NCBI RefSeq assembly: GCF_963506605.1
Contig: NC_083277.1
Location: 83,762,001-83,826,000, forward strand
Direction: 5' to 3'
DNA length: 64,000 bases
Source of the DNA: Zootoca vivipara
Lineage: Eukaryota
The first letter of the stretch is position 1; each line of letters opens with the position of its first letter. Under the pieces are notes generated by a model. It made no database searches. It had not been told where the DNA came from and saw nothing but the letters and a program-made list of their open reading frames with translations. A program made the translations under genes and the position numbers. Positions 35,201-46,036 of the stretch are shown here, piece by piece.

Positions 35201-37945
35201 ATAGTTTCCAAGTCATGGGAATTCATAATCCCACTTTATTCTGCACTAGTCAGACCTCATCTGGATAACCATGTCCAAGAAGGATATAGAGACAATAAAA
35301 TGGGTTCAGTGGAGGACCACTGGCTAATGAAGATAAATAAAGGTGTAAACTAAGAACTGGGCATATTCATCCTGGTTTGGTTTGGTTAATTGGGGGGGGG
35401 GGTTGGTGGGGGAAATGTGGCACTCTTCCAACACCTGAAGGGCTGTCACATAGAAGCTTATTTTCTGCTGCCTCAGCAAGCAGGACCAGATCTAGTGAGC
35501 TTAAGTTACAGGAGGAAAGATTTCGGCTGAACAACAGGAAAACATTCTGGATGGTAAGAGTGGTTTGGCAGTGGAACCAGCTTCGAAGGACAGTAGTGGA
35601 CTCTCCCCTGTTGTAGGTCTTTAATTAGAGGCTGGAGAGTCATCTGCTATGGATGTTCTACGTCTGGATGTCCTGAGTTGAGTAGACTCTACGTGCATCA
35701 TGCTTTAAGCTTCAGAGAAGTAATAACAAAAAAAATGTTTAACCTTCTCCAGATATGGACTTACATCTAACAGATGTCATCACAAAAGCGGCTTTCACCA
35801 TGATAAGGCAGCAGAGCAGCAGAAGTGAGAAGATGCTGATGGGTTTCCTGACAAAAGGTCCCCACTTGTCATCCTCAAATGTATACGGTGCTGCAAATAA
35901 AGAAGAGTAAGCCACCTAGAAGCTGTAGGAGTGTCAGAAAATTTCAGAAACTAAAAATCTTGCAGGCAAGCAAGAGGCATTAGCACAGTTCAAGGACAAA
36001 TTCCAGCCAGGAAAAGCAATCAAGGATGCTAAAAAGCAAGGACTGTGGCCTGGGGAGGAAGCATGACTCCAGGAGTGTCCTGAGGTCTGGGCAGCATTTG
36101 GCCCCCAGGCTTTAGGTTCCCCACAGTCTCTGAGCTGTGACCTCCCTCAAATCCCTGTTGTAATTCTAAACAGTCCTCTTCTTCTCTGGAAGGGTCAGGC
36201 TAGTGAGGTGGTCTCCACCATTCCTCCTCTGCCCAGTCCCTGACAGTTTCATATATTGCACAAGCATATTCCCAGAGTTTTCCAAGCACATTGGAAAAGT
36301 TCATAATATCATTTGTCAAGTGCATTGAACCTTTCACCTGGCTCTGCTTTCCCTCTGTTGTCCGGTAGCCTTCTCATCCGTATGCCAGAAAACCCGATGT
36401 ACTCATATTCCGGCTCAGCATTCTCATATCCCTGGTCCAAAATCATTGAGTCTACAGAGAGGAGAAAGCACTTCTAAGAGACTGTCTGCTTTGTGACTTT
36501 CTGGATGGAAGGGTCTTGCTGCACCCTGGATGGGTGCACATCCAGCCCTCTCTTTCTACAGTGCACAGGTAAGAAACTAACACAAACCAATGGGAATATG
36601 GCTCTTTTGGTGGCTTCTTTCCTACATTTATAACATTTATGTATTGCATTTTATTAAGAGCGTATTAGTACAGTGGAACCTCGGTTTATGAACACCTCGG
36701 TTTATGAATTTTCGGTTTATGAACGCCGCGGACCCATCTGGAACGGATTAATTAATTTTCCATTACTTTCAATGGGAAAGTTTGCTTCAGTTTATGAACG
36801 CTTCAGTTTATGAACAGACTTCCGGAACCAATTACACCCATGCTTCAGTTTATGAACGCTTCAGTTTAAGTACTCCGCGGACCCGTCTGGAACGGATTAA
36901 TCCACTTTCCATTACTTTCAATGGGAAAGTTTGCTTCAGTTTATGAACGCTTACTCCGCGGACCGTCTGGAACGGATTAATTCACTTTCCATTACTTTCA
37001 ATGAGAAAGTTCGCTTCAGTTTATGAACGCTTCAGTTTATGAACAGACTTCCGGAACCAATTGAGTTCATAAACCGAGGTACCACTGTATAGGCAATACT
37101 AGGGCTACCTTCTGGACCCTCCTGCTTTGAGTGAAATGTCTTTGGGGGATAGTGAGACATAAGCCTTGGAGAACGTGAATAAACTACTGTAGTAATATGA
37201 TTTCCCCACCCCCATCACTAGTCCTGACCAATGTTTCAGGTCAGCCTCTTCACTTTGGCAAATATTTCTCCCAAAATTCAGTTTAATGTATTGATTTACT
37301 TTTTGGAGGTACCAAGAGATTCCAGATATACTAAACTGCTCCTTTTCCAGTCAATTTGATGGCTGCAGACTAGTAGTCTCCCTACTACTTCAGACGTTGC
37401 TTCTAACCTTTGCCCACTGTGGAACAGGGGCCCCACCATTCAACCCTCACTCTTGAAAATTGAGCCCTTTGGAACACATCTCTAAAAATTGAGAAAAATG
37501 TTTCAAGAGCTGACACTTTTTAGCAGATATCCATTTTAAGAAAGTTTATACAGCAAGCCAAACGTTAGCAAAAAGCACCTGACATTAACTAAACTGTAGT
37601 GAAAAATGTGACTGTTTCTTACAATGTTTCCACAAAAACATCTGAGTTCTGCAGCAAGACATTTTATTGCTCTTGGAGAACTGTGGCTACACGGCATAGT
37701 GAGTAGTTACAAATTTCACTTGGGAATAAGACACCTTCCGTAGCTAAGGACACTTCCTTTATTTTGCTTCTGTTGTGTGAACATAACACTTTATTACAGA
37801 AACAGAGCAACCCTTTGAGAATTTCTTCTCCTTCTCCGTTACCTGCTTTTGTAGGTTCTAACTCCGAGTGCACTTCGTCAGTGTGGGATATTCTCTCTGA
37901 CACATTGTCATTGTAGTATTCTTCATTCTGATAGCCGTCATCCAT
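32213..37945 (-). CDS. Gene C: type II transmembrane C-type lectin receptor, FCER2/CD23-like, 262 aa, apparently intact
   Basis: Exons 37945-37843 (MDDGYQNEEYYND...), 36451-36338 (GYENAEPEYEYIG), 35890-35765 (TM with Lys), 34145-34000 (CFSVCPDEWVAFREKCYYF; GC donor), 33569-33460 (DFL...WIGLRY...WQWVDGT), 32402-32213 (NWEMPD...HCVV...WNNIPC...VCER). 789 nt in frame. Confidence 0.87.
34587..34943 (+). mobile_element. Sauria SINE, full length
   Basis: GGGACGCAGGTGGC head, GTTCGAATCC box and 3' GGGGTCCCTTTACCTTTACCTTTA. Confidence 0.9.
35150..35690 (+). mobile_element. CR1 LINE fragment (old)
   Basis: ctttattctgcactagtcagacctcatctgga and the LKLQEERFRLN...WNQL remnant. Confidence 0.65.
36671..37087. 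mobile_element. Tc1/mariner (Tigger-like) MITE with internal tandem repeats
   Basis: CAGTGGAACCTCGGTTTATGAAC TIRs, TA TSD, related to the 11941 copy. Confidence 0.8.
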
Positions 37946-38004
37946 GGTAGGTTAAGGCTGCTCCAAGTCAGAGTTCTTGGGGCAGATGCAACACAGCCAC
38001 TTGT

Positions 38005-38062
38005 GCTTCCTTTCTGTCACTATCAGCTTCTCTTCTATCTAGTAAGCCACAAATGAGTCAGG
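38005..38062 (-). promoter_or_regulatory. Gene C proximal promoter module (AP-1 TGACTCA, variant RUNX, GATA x2, ETS)
   Basis: Minus strand reads ccTGACTCAttTGTGGCTtactAGATAGaagagaagcTGATAGtgacagaaAGGAAG, homologous to the A and B modules. Confidence 0.5.
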
Positions 38063-38899
38063 CCCCTAAATGCCCACCCCTAGCACCACCTCACTGCTTG
38101 GGGTAGGGGAGTCTTCTTGTTTACTTGGTAAAAGCCAAGGGAAAGCACAATTTGTTGTTCTGTTTTTTTCCTCCTCGTGCACCTCCCTTGCAAAGATGGT
38201 GTGGACACTTTTAAGCATTGCAGTTCTGCAACTACTTAGCACTTAACAAAATGTAACATGCCTTACTTTGGTTCAGAATGTGTCCCTGCTGTCACAGTCA
38301 CTTCTCTGCTGGGAGAAAAGTTGTATGGTCTCCTAAAGCTATATGGATGTATTTCGCACTTAAGTTCCTGTTTCCACAAGCCAAACACCTCCTCAGAGGT
38401 GGCTCTTATTCGATGGAAGTCGTTTACAATTTAGTTGTTATGATCACCATCAAGTCATTTGTATCATGAGTTGTACCTCCTACCTACTCAGCATCTGCAA
38501 GCATCTGATTACAGGAAAAGCTCAATTTGTTCCAAGATAAGTTTACAGCTTTTGGTGGTGAATAAAAGCCATCATATGCACCCTGATCAGTAGATCAAAA
38601 GACAATGAGCAAAAACTGTTAAGACTGGTAGAAGTCTGCAATTCTATGTAGGCTTTAGCAAGAATGCATAAAAGTGGTTATTGGTTACGTTCCATAACTT
38701 GTAATCTTATTTAATAATTTTCTAATGAACTGCATAGGGAGGGGAAGGAATTAGTCCTACATCTGAGAGTGATCAAGTAGCATATACAAGAGTCCTCTCT
38801 TGGAATTGTAAGTACAGTATAGAGTAATAGAATCATTGAGTCAACTGTAACTTCTCCCACTTTTAAGAAGCATCAATTTGATGGTTTTTATCCAAAATG

Positions 38900-39677
38900 A
38901 GTTATGATGCAAGACACTACTTCTGGGGTGCTTCTGGAGGCAGCTCTATCACTGGAGGCTCAGGCAGCCTCAGTGGCGAGAAGTGCCTTTTACCAACTGT
39001 GGCTGGTTCAACAGCTGCAACCATTCCTAGACTGGGAAAGTGTTGCCACATTTCCTCAAGGCAATGGACTATGTGGGGCTTCCCTAGTCACTTGATCCAG
39101 AAGCTGCAGTTAGTGCAAAGTTGCTGCCAGGCCAGGGGTGAGACTTTGTCAGCATACAACACCTGTACTCAGGGATCTGCCCTGGTTGCTGATTTGCTAC
39201 CAGGCCAGTTTCAATGTGTTACTATTAGTATACAAAGTATTTAACAATTTGGGCCTAGTTTACCTGCAAAATCACCTTACCCCATATATGTCCACTTGAC
39301 CACTTCAAACTGAGGAACTGGCACCATTACAGGTGCCACATAATACCCATTCTGCATTTGTAAAAATGATATTTTAGTGTGGTAGCACCTATACTTTGGA
39401 ACTCCCTTCCTATTGATACCAGGCAGGCACCTTCACTGTACTCTTTTCAGCACCTGCTAAAACATTGTTTAGCGAAGTCTACCTAGATATCTAGAATGCT
39501 GTTTGTTGTGTTTTTTTGTTTATTGCTGGTTTTAGTTTTTTGAATGTTTTAAATTGTTGTTTTAATTGTTATTACCAATAAATTTTATTGTTTTATTCTT
39601 TTTGTAAACCACTTTGAAGTTTTTTTCCACTATGACAAAAAACAAATAAATTCACTTACATATTTATAATAAAAACA
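38900..39677 (+). mobile_element. Old L2 3' fragment, tail-to-tail with the young L2
   Basis: Remnants of SLEAQ...VARSAFYQL and QKLQLVQ. Confidence 0.7.
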
Positions 39678-39790
39678 AATAATAATAATAATAATAATTT
39701 ATTATTTATACCCCGCCCATCTGGCCGGGTTCCCCCAGCCACTCTGGGCGGCTTCCAAAAAAAACAGAAATTCTAAAATACAGAAATCCA

Positions 39791-42700
39791 TCAAACATTA
39801 AAAGCTTCCCTAAACAGGGCTGCCTTGAGATGCCTTCTAAAGGTCTGGTAATTGTTCTCTTTGACCTCTAGTGGGAGGGCATTCCACAGGGTGGGTGCCA
39901 CTACCGAGAAGGCCCTCTGCCTGGTTCCCTGTAACTTGGCTTCTCGTAATGAGGGAACCGCCAGAAGGCCCTCGGAGCTGGACCTCAGTGTCCGGGCAGA
40001 ACGATGGGGGTGGAGACGCTCCTTCAGGTATACCGGACCGAGGCCGTTTAGGGCTTTAAAGGTCAACACCAACACTTTGAATTGTGCTCGGAAACGTACT
40101 GGGAGCCAATGTAGGTCTTTTAGGACCGGTGTTATGTGATCTCGGCGGCCGCTCCCAGTCACCAGTCTAGCTGCCGCATTCTGGATTAGTTGTAGTTTCC
40201 GGGTCACCTTCAAAGGTAGCCCCACGTAGAGCGCATTGCAGTAGTCCAAGCGAGAGATAACTAGAGCATGCACCACTCTGGAGAGACAGTCAGTGGGCAG
40301 GTAGGGACTCAGCCTGCGTACCAGATGGAGCTGATAAACAGCTGCCCTGGACACGGAGTTGACCTGTGCCTCCATGGACAGCTGTGAGTCTAAAATGACT
40401 CCCAGGCTGCGCACCTGGTCTTTCAGGGGCACAGTTACCCCATTCAGGACCAGGGAGTCCTCCACACCCGCCCGCCTCCTGTCCCCCACAAACAGTACTT
40501 CTGTCTTGTCAGGATTCAATCTCAATCTGTTAGCCGCCATCCATCCTCCAACCGCCTCCAAGCACTCACACAGGACCTTCACCGCCTTCACTGGTTCCGA
40601 TTTAAAAGAGAGGTAGAGCTGGGTATCATCAGCATACTGATGGACACCCAGCCCAAACCCCCTGATGATCTCTCCCAGTGGCTGCATATAGATGTTAAAA
40701 AGCATGGGGGAGAGGACAGAACCCTGAGGCACCCCACAAGTGAGCGCCCAGGGGTCTGAACACTCATCCCCCCCCACCACTTTCTGAACACGGCCCAGGA
40801 GGAAGGAGCGGAACCACTGCATGACAGTGCCCCCAGCTCCCAAGCCCTCTAGACGGTCCAGAAGGATGTTATGGTCGATGGTGTCAAAAGCCGCTGAGAG
40901 ATCCAGCAGAACAAGGAAACAGCTCTTACCTTTGTCCCTAGCCCGCCGGAGATCATCGACCAGTGCGACCAAGGCAGTTTCAGTCCCATGATGAGGCCTG
41001 AATCCTGACTGGAAGGGATCCAAATGGTCCGCTTCTTCCAGGCGTGCCTGGAGTTGTTCCGCAACCACTCGCTCAATCACCTTGCCCAAGAATGGAAGAT
41101 TTGAGACTGGGCGATAGTTGGCCGTATTGGCCGGATCTAAAGATGGTTTTTTAAGAAGCGGTTTAATAACCGCCTCTTTCAGCGGGTCTGGGAAGGCTCC
41201 CTCATGGAGAGAAGCATTTACCAACCCGCGAAGCCCATCGCCCAGCCCTTCCTGGCTAGCTTTTATAAGCCAGGATGGGCAAGGATCAAGGAGACAGGTG
41301 GTTGGTTTCATTCGTCTAAGCAGCCTGTCCACATCCTCGGAGGTAACAGATTGAAATTGATCCCACAAAACTTGACTAGACAGGACTCTAGCACTCCCCC
41401 GCCCCGGCCCTGCTCCCACGGTGGAGTCTACCTCTTCCCGAATCTGAGCGACTTTATCTGCAAAAAACTTTGCAAAATCATTGCAGGAGATCATGTGGCC
41501 CGTACTGGGCCCGGATGGAGCAGGTGGTTCCGCTAAATTGCGAACCACCTGGAAGAGTCTCCTGCTGCTGTTTTCTGCAGATGCGATGGAGACGGTGAAG
41601 AAGGTCCTCTTCGCCGTCGCCATTGCCACTTGGTAGGCTCGAAGTTGAGCTCTAGCCCGTGTCCGGTCTGATTCAAAATGAGTTTTCCGCCACCGGCGCT
41701 CTAGCCGTCTCAATGACTGTTTCATTGCCCTCAGCGCCGGGGAAAACCACGGGGCTGTCCGGGCTCCATGCAATCTGAGAGGGCGCTTCGGAGCCAGACA
41801 GTCAATAGCGCTGGTTAACTCCGCATTCCAGCGGGCCACCAGGGAATCAGCTGAAAGGCCATCGACATGGGATAAAACATCCCCTACCACTCTTTGGAAG
41901 CCAATTGGATCCATTAAGTAGCGGGGGCGGACCATCCGAATCGGTCCCACCTCCCTGCAGAGGGAAAGGGTTGCGGAGAAGTCCAGTTGCACCAGAAAGT
42001 GATCTGACCATGGCACTTCTTTTGTTTCGCTTTTACTTAATGTCAGATCACCAACATCCATAGAGGTAAACACCAAGTCCAAGGCATGTCCGCGGCTATG
42101 AGTTGGGCCAGACTTATTCAGGGACAGCCCCATGGTGGCCATGCTTTCCACGAAGTCCCGAGCGGCTCCTTGTAAGGTCGTGTCGGCATGGATGTTAAAA
42201 TCCCCTAAGACAACCAAGCTAGGTGTCTCCAGGAGCACATCCGACACGACCTGAAGCAGCTCGGGCAGGGAATCCTTGGTGCAGCGGGGAGGTCGGTACA
42301 CCAAAAGGAATCCTGTACTGCCTCTATTGCCCAACTTCCAGAACATGCACTCAGAGAACTGGGTCTTCCCAATAGGACGCCTGGTGCAAACTAATGACTT
42401 CCTAAAAATCACTGCAACCCCCCCTCCCCGCCCAGATGGCCTGGGTTGCTGTGCATAAGAGAAACCTGGTGGGCAAGCAGCGCCAAGAACGGGCCCATCG
42501 GCTTCCTCCAACCAGGTCTCTGTCACACATGCCAGGTCAAATCCTCCATCCACAATCAGGTCGTGAATGGCGGTGGTCTTATTCATCATCGACCTGGCAT
42601 TGCACAGCAGCACCTTCAGGTCATGTGGGTATCCCTTGCTGATTCCAATATCCGTCCGGTCAGGACCAGACCTGGAGGCAGGGATAGTCCTCAGACAACG

Positions 42701-42874
42701 ACTAAGTCTGCCTCCTCGGTAATGACATGGTCTGGTCTTAGCGTAACTCCTCCTCCTACCCGTGACCACTGAGATCGGTTGTTCCAGTGCACACACCCCT
42801 GTGGAATCTGCCCCAGCCATTTTGCTTGCTGGGATCCCCTCCCGGGCAGCCCTGACCCCTCCCCTTAAAAACAA
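39791..42874 (-). CDS. L2 LINE ORF2: AP endonuclease plus reverse transcriptase (1027 codons open; first ATG near 42820)
   Basis: EN motifs CNARS, CVTETWL, LVYRPP, LGDFNIH, LDLVF, SDH. RT motifs YRPVSNL, QSGFR, DLSAAFD, GVPQGSVL, YADD. L2-type C-terminus SRLDYCN...LQLIQNAAAR...LHWLPV. Confidence 0.93.
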   Translation of the reverse strand: MFLRGGVRAAREGIPASKMAGADSTGVCALEQPISVVTGRRRSYAKTRPCHYRGGRLSRCLRTIPASRSGPDRTDIGISKGYPHDLKVLLCNARSMMNKTTAIHDLIVDGGFDLACVTETWLEEADGPVLGAACPPGFSYAQQPRPSGRGGGVAVIFRKSLVCTRRPIGKTQFSECMFWKLGNRGSTGFLLVYRPPRCTKDSLPELLQVVSDVLLETPSLVVLGDFNIHADTTLQGAARDFVESMATMGLSLNKSGPTHSRGHALDLVFTSMDVGDLTLSKSETKEVPWSDHFLVQLDFSATLSLCREVGPIRMVRPRYLMDPIGFQRVVGDVLSHVDGLSADSLVARWNAELTSAIDCLAPKRPLRLHGARTAPWFSPALRAMKQSLRRLERRWRKTHFESDRTRARAQLRAYQVAMATAKRTFFTVSIASAENSSRRLFQVVRNLAEPPAPSGPSTGHMISCNDFAKFFADKVAQIREEVDSTVGAGPGRGSARVLSSQVLWDQFQSVTSEDVDRLLRRMKPTTCLLDPCPSWLIKASQEGLGDGLRGLVNASLHEGAFPDPLKEAVIKPLLKKPSLDPANTANYRPVSNLPFLGKVIERVVAEQLQARLEEADHLDPFQSGFRPHHGTETALVALVDDLRRARDKGKSCFLVLLDLSAAFDTIDHNILLDRLEGLGAGGTVMQWFRSFLLGRVQKVVGGDECSDPWALTCGVPQGSVLSPMLFNIYMQPLGEIIRGFGLGVHQYADDTQLYLSFKSEPVKAVKVLCECLEAVGGWMAANRLRLNPDKTEVLFVGDRRRAGVEDSLVLNGVTVPLKDQVRSLGVILDSQLSMEAQVNSVSRAAVYQLHLVRRLSPYLPTDCLSRVVHALVISRLDYCNALYVGLPLKVTRKLQLIQNAAARLVTGSGRRDHITPVLKDLHWLPVRFRAQFKVLVLTFKALNGLGPVYLKERLHPHRSARTLRSSSEGLLAVPSLREAKLQGTRQRAFSVVAPTLWNALPLEVKENNYQTFRRHLKAALFREAFNV

Positions 42875-42928
42875 AATAAAACCTCTGTAAAAAACAGCAA
42901 GAACTCAACAAAAGAAGAACACAAAAAG

Positions 42929-43130
42929 ACAATAAAACAATAAAACCAAAAACAATAAAAATTACAAATACACTAAAATTTAACAGATTCCCACACCCAA
43001 CTAAAAATCCCTCCCACCTACCATCCCAAACACAATAAAACAATAAAACCAAAAACAATAAAAATTACAAATACACTAAAATTTAACAGATTCCCACACC
43101 CAACTAAAAATCCCTCCCACCTACCACCCC
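42929..43130. repeat. Two tandem copies of a 103-bp unit in the L2 5' UTR
   Basis: caataaaacaataaaacc...tccctcccacctacca repeats at 42930 and 43033. Confidence 0.85.
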
Positions 43131-43200
43131 AAAGAAGATAAAAACATTAAAAATTCTTTAAAAAGCATTTTAAAAAGGACTCTGTGCTGTTTCAAGTTCC

Positions 43201-43696
43201 CCTGGGCAGCACCAGCAGCAGAGCGGCGGCAGCAGTCCTTTATGAGGCCTTCCAGGCCCCGCCCTAGACCAGGTGGAAGGAGGCAGGGACAGGGCCTGTG
43301 GGCACTCACAGCAGGAGAGAGTCCTGGGCAGCACCAGCAGCAGAGCAGCGGCAGCAGTCCTTTATGAGGCCTTCCAGGCCCCGCCCTAAACCAGGTGGAG
43401 AGAGGTAGGGACAGGGCCTGTGGGCACTCACAGCAGGAGAGAGTCCTGGGCAGCACCAGCAGCAGAGCAGCGGCAGCAGTCCTTTATGAGGCCTTCCAGG
43501 CCCCGCCCTAAACCAGGTGGAGAGAGGTAGGGACAGGGCCTGTGGGCACTCACAGCAGGAGAGAGTCCTGGGCAGCACCAGCAGCAGAGCAGCGGCAGCA
43601 GTCCTTTATGAGGCCTTCCAGGCCCCGCCCTAAACCAGGTGGAAGGAGGCAGGGACAGGGCCTGTGGGCACTCACAGCAGGAGAGAGTCCTGGGCA
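43201..43696. repeat. Four tandem 122-bp monomers at the L2 5' end
   Basis: Units start at 43201, 43323, 43445 and 43567, with a partial unit at 43689. Confidence 0.92.
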
Positions 43697-43816
43697 ACAT
43701 AAGCCCAACAATTCAATGCTATTTGGAAATAGACTGTGCACAGAACAGGAACAAAAAACTAAATGAAGTTGAGAGCGAGAGCGAGAGAAACATCCTTAAT
43801 GGATTACTTTATGGAA

Positions 43817-43822
43817 TTTATT
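43817..43822 (-). terminator. Candidate TRAPPC5 polyadenylation signal
   Basis: AATAAA on the minus strand, followed downstream by a GT/T-rich tract (about 43740-43760). An alternative AATAAA lies at 43951-43956. Confidence 0.45.
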
Positions 43823-44866
43823 AACCAGGTAAACAATTCTTCAAAACCATTAGCATCTTCACTGTATGGAATGATTTGAAACTGACTGGTTTAGATGAGA
43901 TTTCTGCAATAAAATATCTTTCAACAGTATATTCCTGGTATTTTAGTTAATTTATTTTAACATTTTTGAAAAAAGGAAAAGAGAGAGAAATCTAAGTTGG
44001 GGGGGGGGTGACATCACTTTCCTCTCTTCTCAGAGCAAATAGGAAACACTGTGAAGGATCAGTTATGCTGAGGGAAAGCCCTGTAAGAACAGCTCTTGGA
44101 ATAACTATCAAAGGAGTCTTCATAACTCTTAGAAATTTTCCTCAGGTGTGGGGACAAGTATTCAAAGAAGAAACATGGGCAGTGAACAGTGTATTTTACA
44201 GAAGCAGGCAAAGCTCTCACCAGTTCTGGTGTGTTTTACCCCTGTCATTGAGCTTTCTACTTAAAGTGCTTCATTTGCAAGTCTGAGCCACTCTTAAGCA
44301 AACTAATGTAATTTGTGGGTTTCACTTGATTTGCTAAGGCAGACTGCAAAGTTAAATAATAACTGATAGGTACTAGGTAAGAAGCAGCAACAGAATGAGT
44401 AGAGACAATTTAGCTCATTCCAAAGCTGGCAGCCTAGCAATAACCTTTCATCTGTGCTTTTCTAGTGGCAATGTCAGCGGGGTAACAACAAAACCAATAC
44501 AACAGCATGAGAGGAATCTTTACAACAAATTACATAGCTCATATGCAAATCAAGACTACGCTATCTCTTGGCTAGGAAAGTGAACTGCATTCCCTCTTCA
44601 AGCCTTCGCCAAGAGTCAAGCAACAGAATTAAGGGTAGATTTCTGGAAGCAGAAGTGGTCTTGTGGAATCAGTACAAATGCTGTAGAAACATTTACCATC
44701 AGTATATGGGACACAGTCATTTGTTCCGATGCCACTTGATTCTCCATTACCATGCACCAAGCATGGTCAGCGTAGTTATTTTAGGATACTGTCAAAATGT
44801 GTGTATATATACATATACATACACACATACACACACAAACAATCCAGATTAAATCAAATGAAGCGG

Positions 44867-45433
44867 TCAGCGGCCATCCAGGGCTTTGTCACGTGCTATT
44901 ACTGACTCATCAAATTTGATCATGAGGGTGGTTCCCTTGTGCCAGTGGGCTGTCACCTTGGCAGGGAAGCCGCTGCAAGTGAGCATAGCCTCCACGATGC
45001 CCGCTGTGAAGGAAGCACAGTTGAGTGTGCTGTTCTCCTTGGGAACAGAAATGTAAGTATTGATAAGAGGCTCCTTCTCGATGATGTAGTAAGTCTTGTC
45101 ATCGTCATTGGCTTGCTCCAGCTTGTCAGCCTCCTTCCCAAAGAGAGCCTTCCATACAGTAACCTTGATGAACAGGAGAATGTTGATGACCTTGGTTTCT
45201 CTCTTACCATTTTTCTCCCGCATCACCAACACATCCAGGATACGGGCACCCACCTGCTGACCTAGCTCAGAAAGTTTGTTCTGAAGCTCAGAAACAGAGT
45301 AGACCCTGTTCTGACAGTACTGCACAATCTCAGAAAACAATAATGAAAAGGCACTGAGGCTAACATCAGTCTTGGGTCGGGTGAGTGACCGTTCAAGGAT
45401 AGCAGACTTTCCACGGGTAAAACGTGCGTCCAT
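44867..45433 (-). CDS. TRAPPC5: Trafficking protein particle complex subunit 5, 188 aa, single coding exon
   Basis: MDARFTRGKSAILERSLTRPKTDVSLSAF...ENSTLNCASFTAGIVEA...GFPAKVTAHWHKGTTLMIKFDESVIARDKALDGR. A splice acceptor (ctcaatag|catcATG) lies just upstream of the ATG. Confidence 0.97.
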   Translation of the reverse strand: MDARFTRGKSAILERSLTRPKTDVSLSAFSLLFSEIVQYCQNRVYSVSELQNKLSELGQQVGARILDVLVMREKNGKRETKVINILLFIKVTVWKALFGKEADKLEQANDDDKTYYIIEKEPLINTYISVPKENSTLNCASFTAGIVEAMLTCSGFPAKVTAHWHKGTTLMIKFDESVIARDKALDGR

Positions 45434-46036
45434 GATGCTATTGAGAAAGAGAATAAAAAGGGTAATAAGCACCTGTCTGGATTTCGCACAACTGCATTTC
45501 AAATGGGGCACTACTTTATATAGCAACTTCTAAATGATATTTATTTTGCATGGGAGGACAGACATATAAGCTAGTACAAGGAAGTGGATAGGATGCTGAA
45601 TCTGGGTATGGCCAGCCTAAGTTCAAAACCCCACTAGGTGACTTTGGGCTAGCCATCACGTCCCAGCCTAACATAACTCACAGATTTTTGTGAAGGTATA
45701 ATGTGAGAATTCCTACAAATGTTACCATTCAGCTGCTTGGGAAACGCATTCAGTAAAACCACAATATAACAAGATATGCATAATCTGTGAAAAAAGATAA
45801 CCAAAATGATGACGCTTGATCACCACCTCTACAAAAAAGGGCCTAGTAGTTCACAGCTAGTAGTTCATATTTAGCCTAGCAGTCCCTGAAGTGGTGTCAG
45901 TGACTTACAAAAATAACAAACTAGAAACTCCAGTTTCCTTGAGATTAAGAGGGGAAGGCAATAACGATAACAATATTGCTTCCTCTCCCTCCCCGCCAAC
46001 TTTTATTGAGCCAAATTGCATCTTCATCTCTCTTAC

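Larger units (their letters stand above)
39678..43696 (-). mobile_element. Near full-length L2-clade LINE with an uninterrupted EN-RT ORF
   Basis: Single long ORF, a 5' region with tandem repeats, and a 3' end ATGGGCGGGGTATAAAT followed by a (TTA)n tail near 39680-39710. Confidence 0.92.

Noticed and set aside
43121-43741. Repeated MLPRTLSCCEC ORFs or a CRISPR-like array
   Set aside because: Pure tandem 122-bp repeats without spacers in a vertebrate LINE 5' region; the ORFs are artefacts.
45434-45526. 31-aa N-terminal extension of TRAPPC5 in the ORF track
   Set aside because: Non-ATG start running through the polypyrimidine tract and acceptor; the true start is ATG at 45433.
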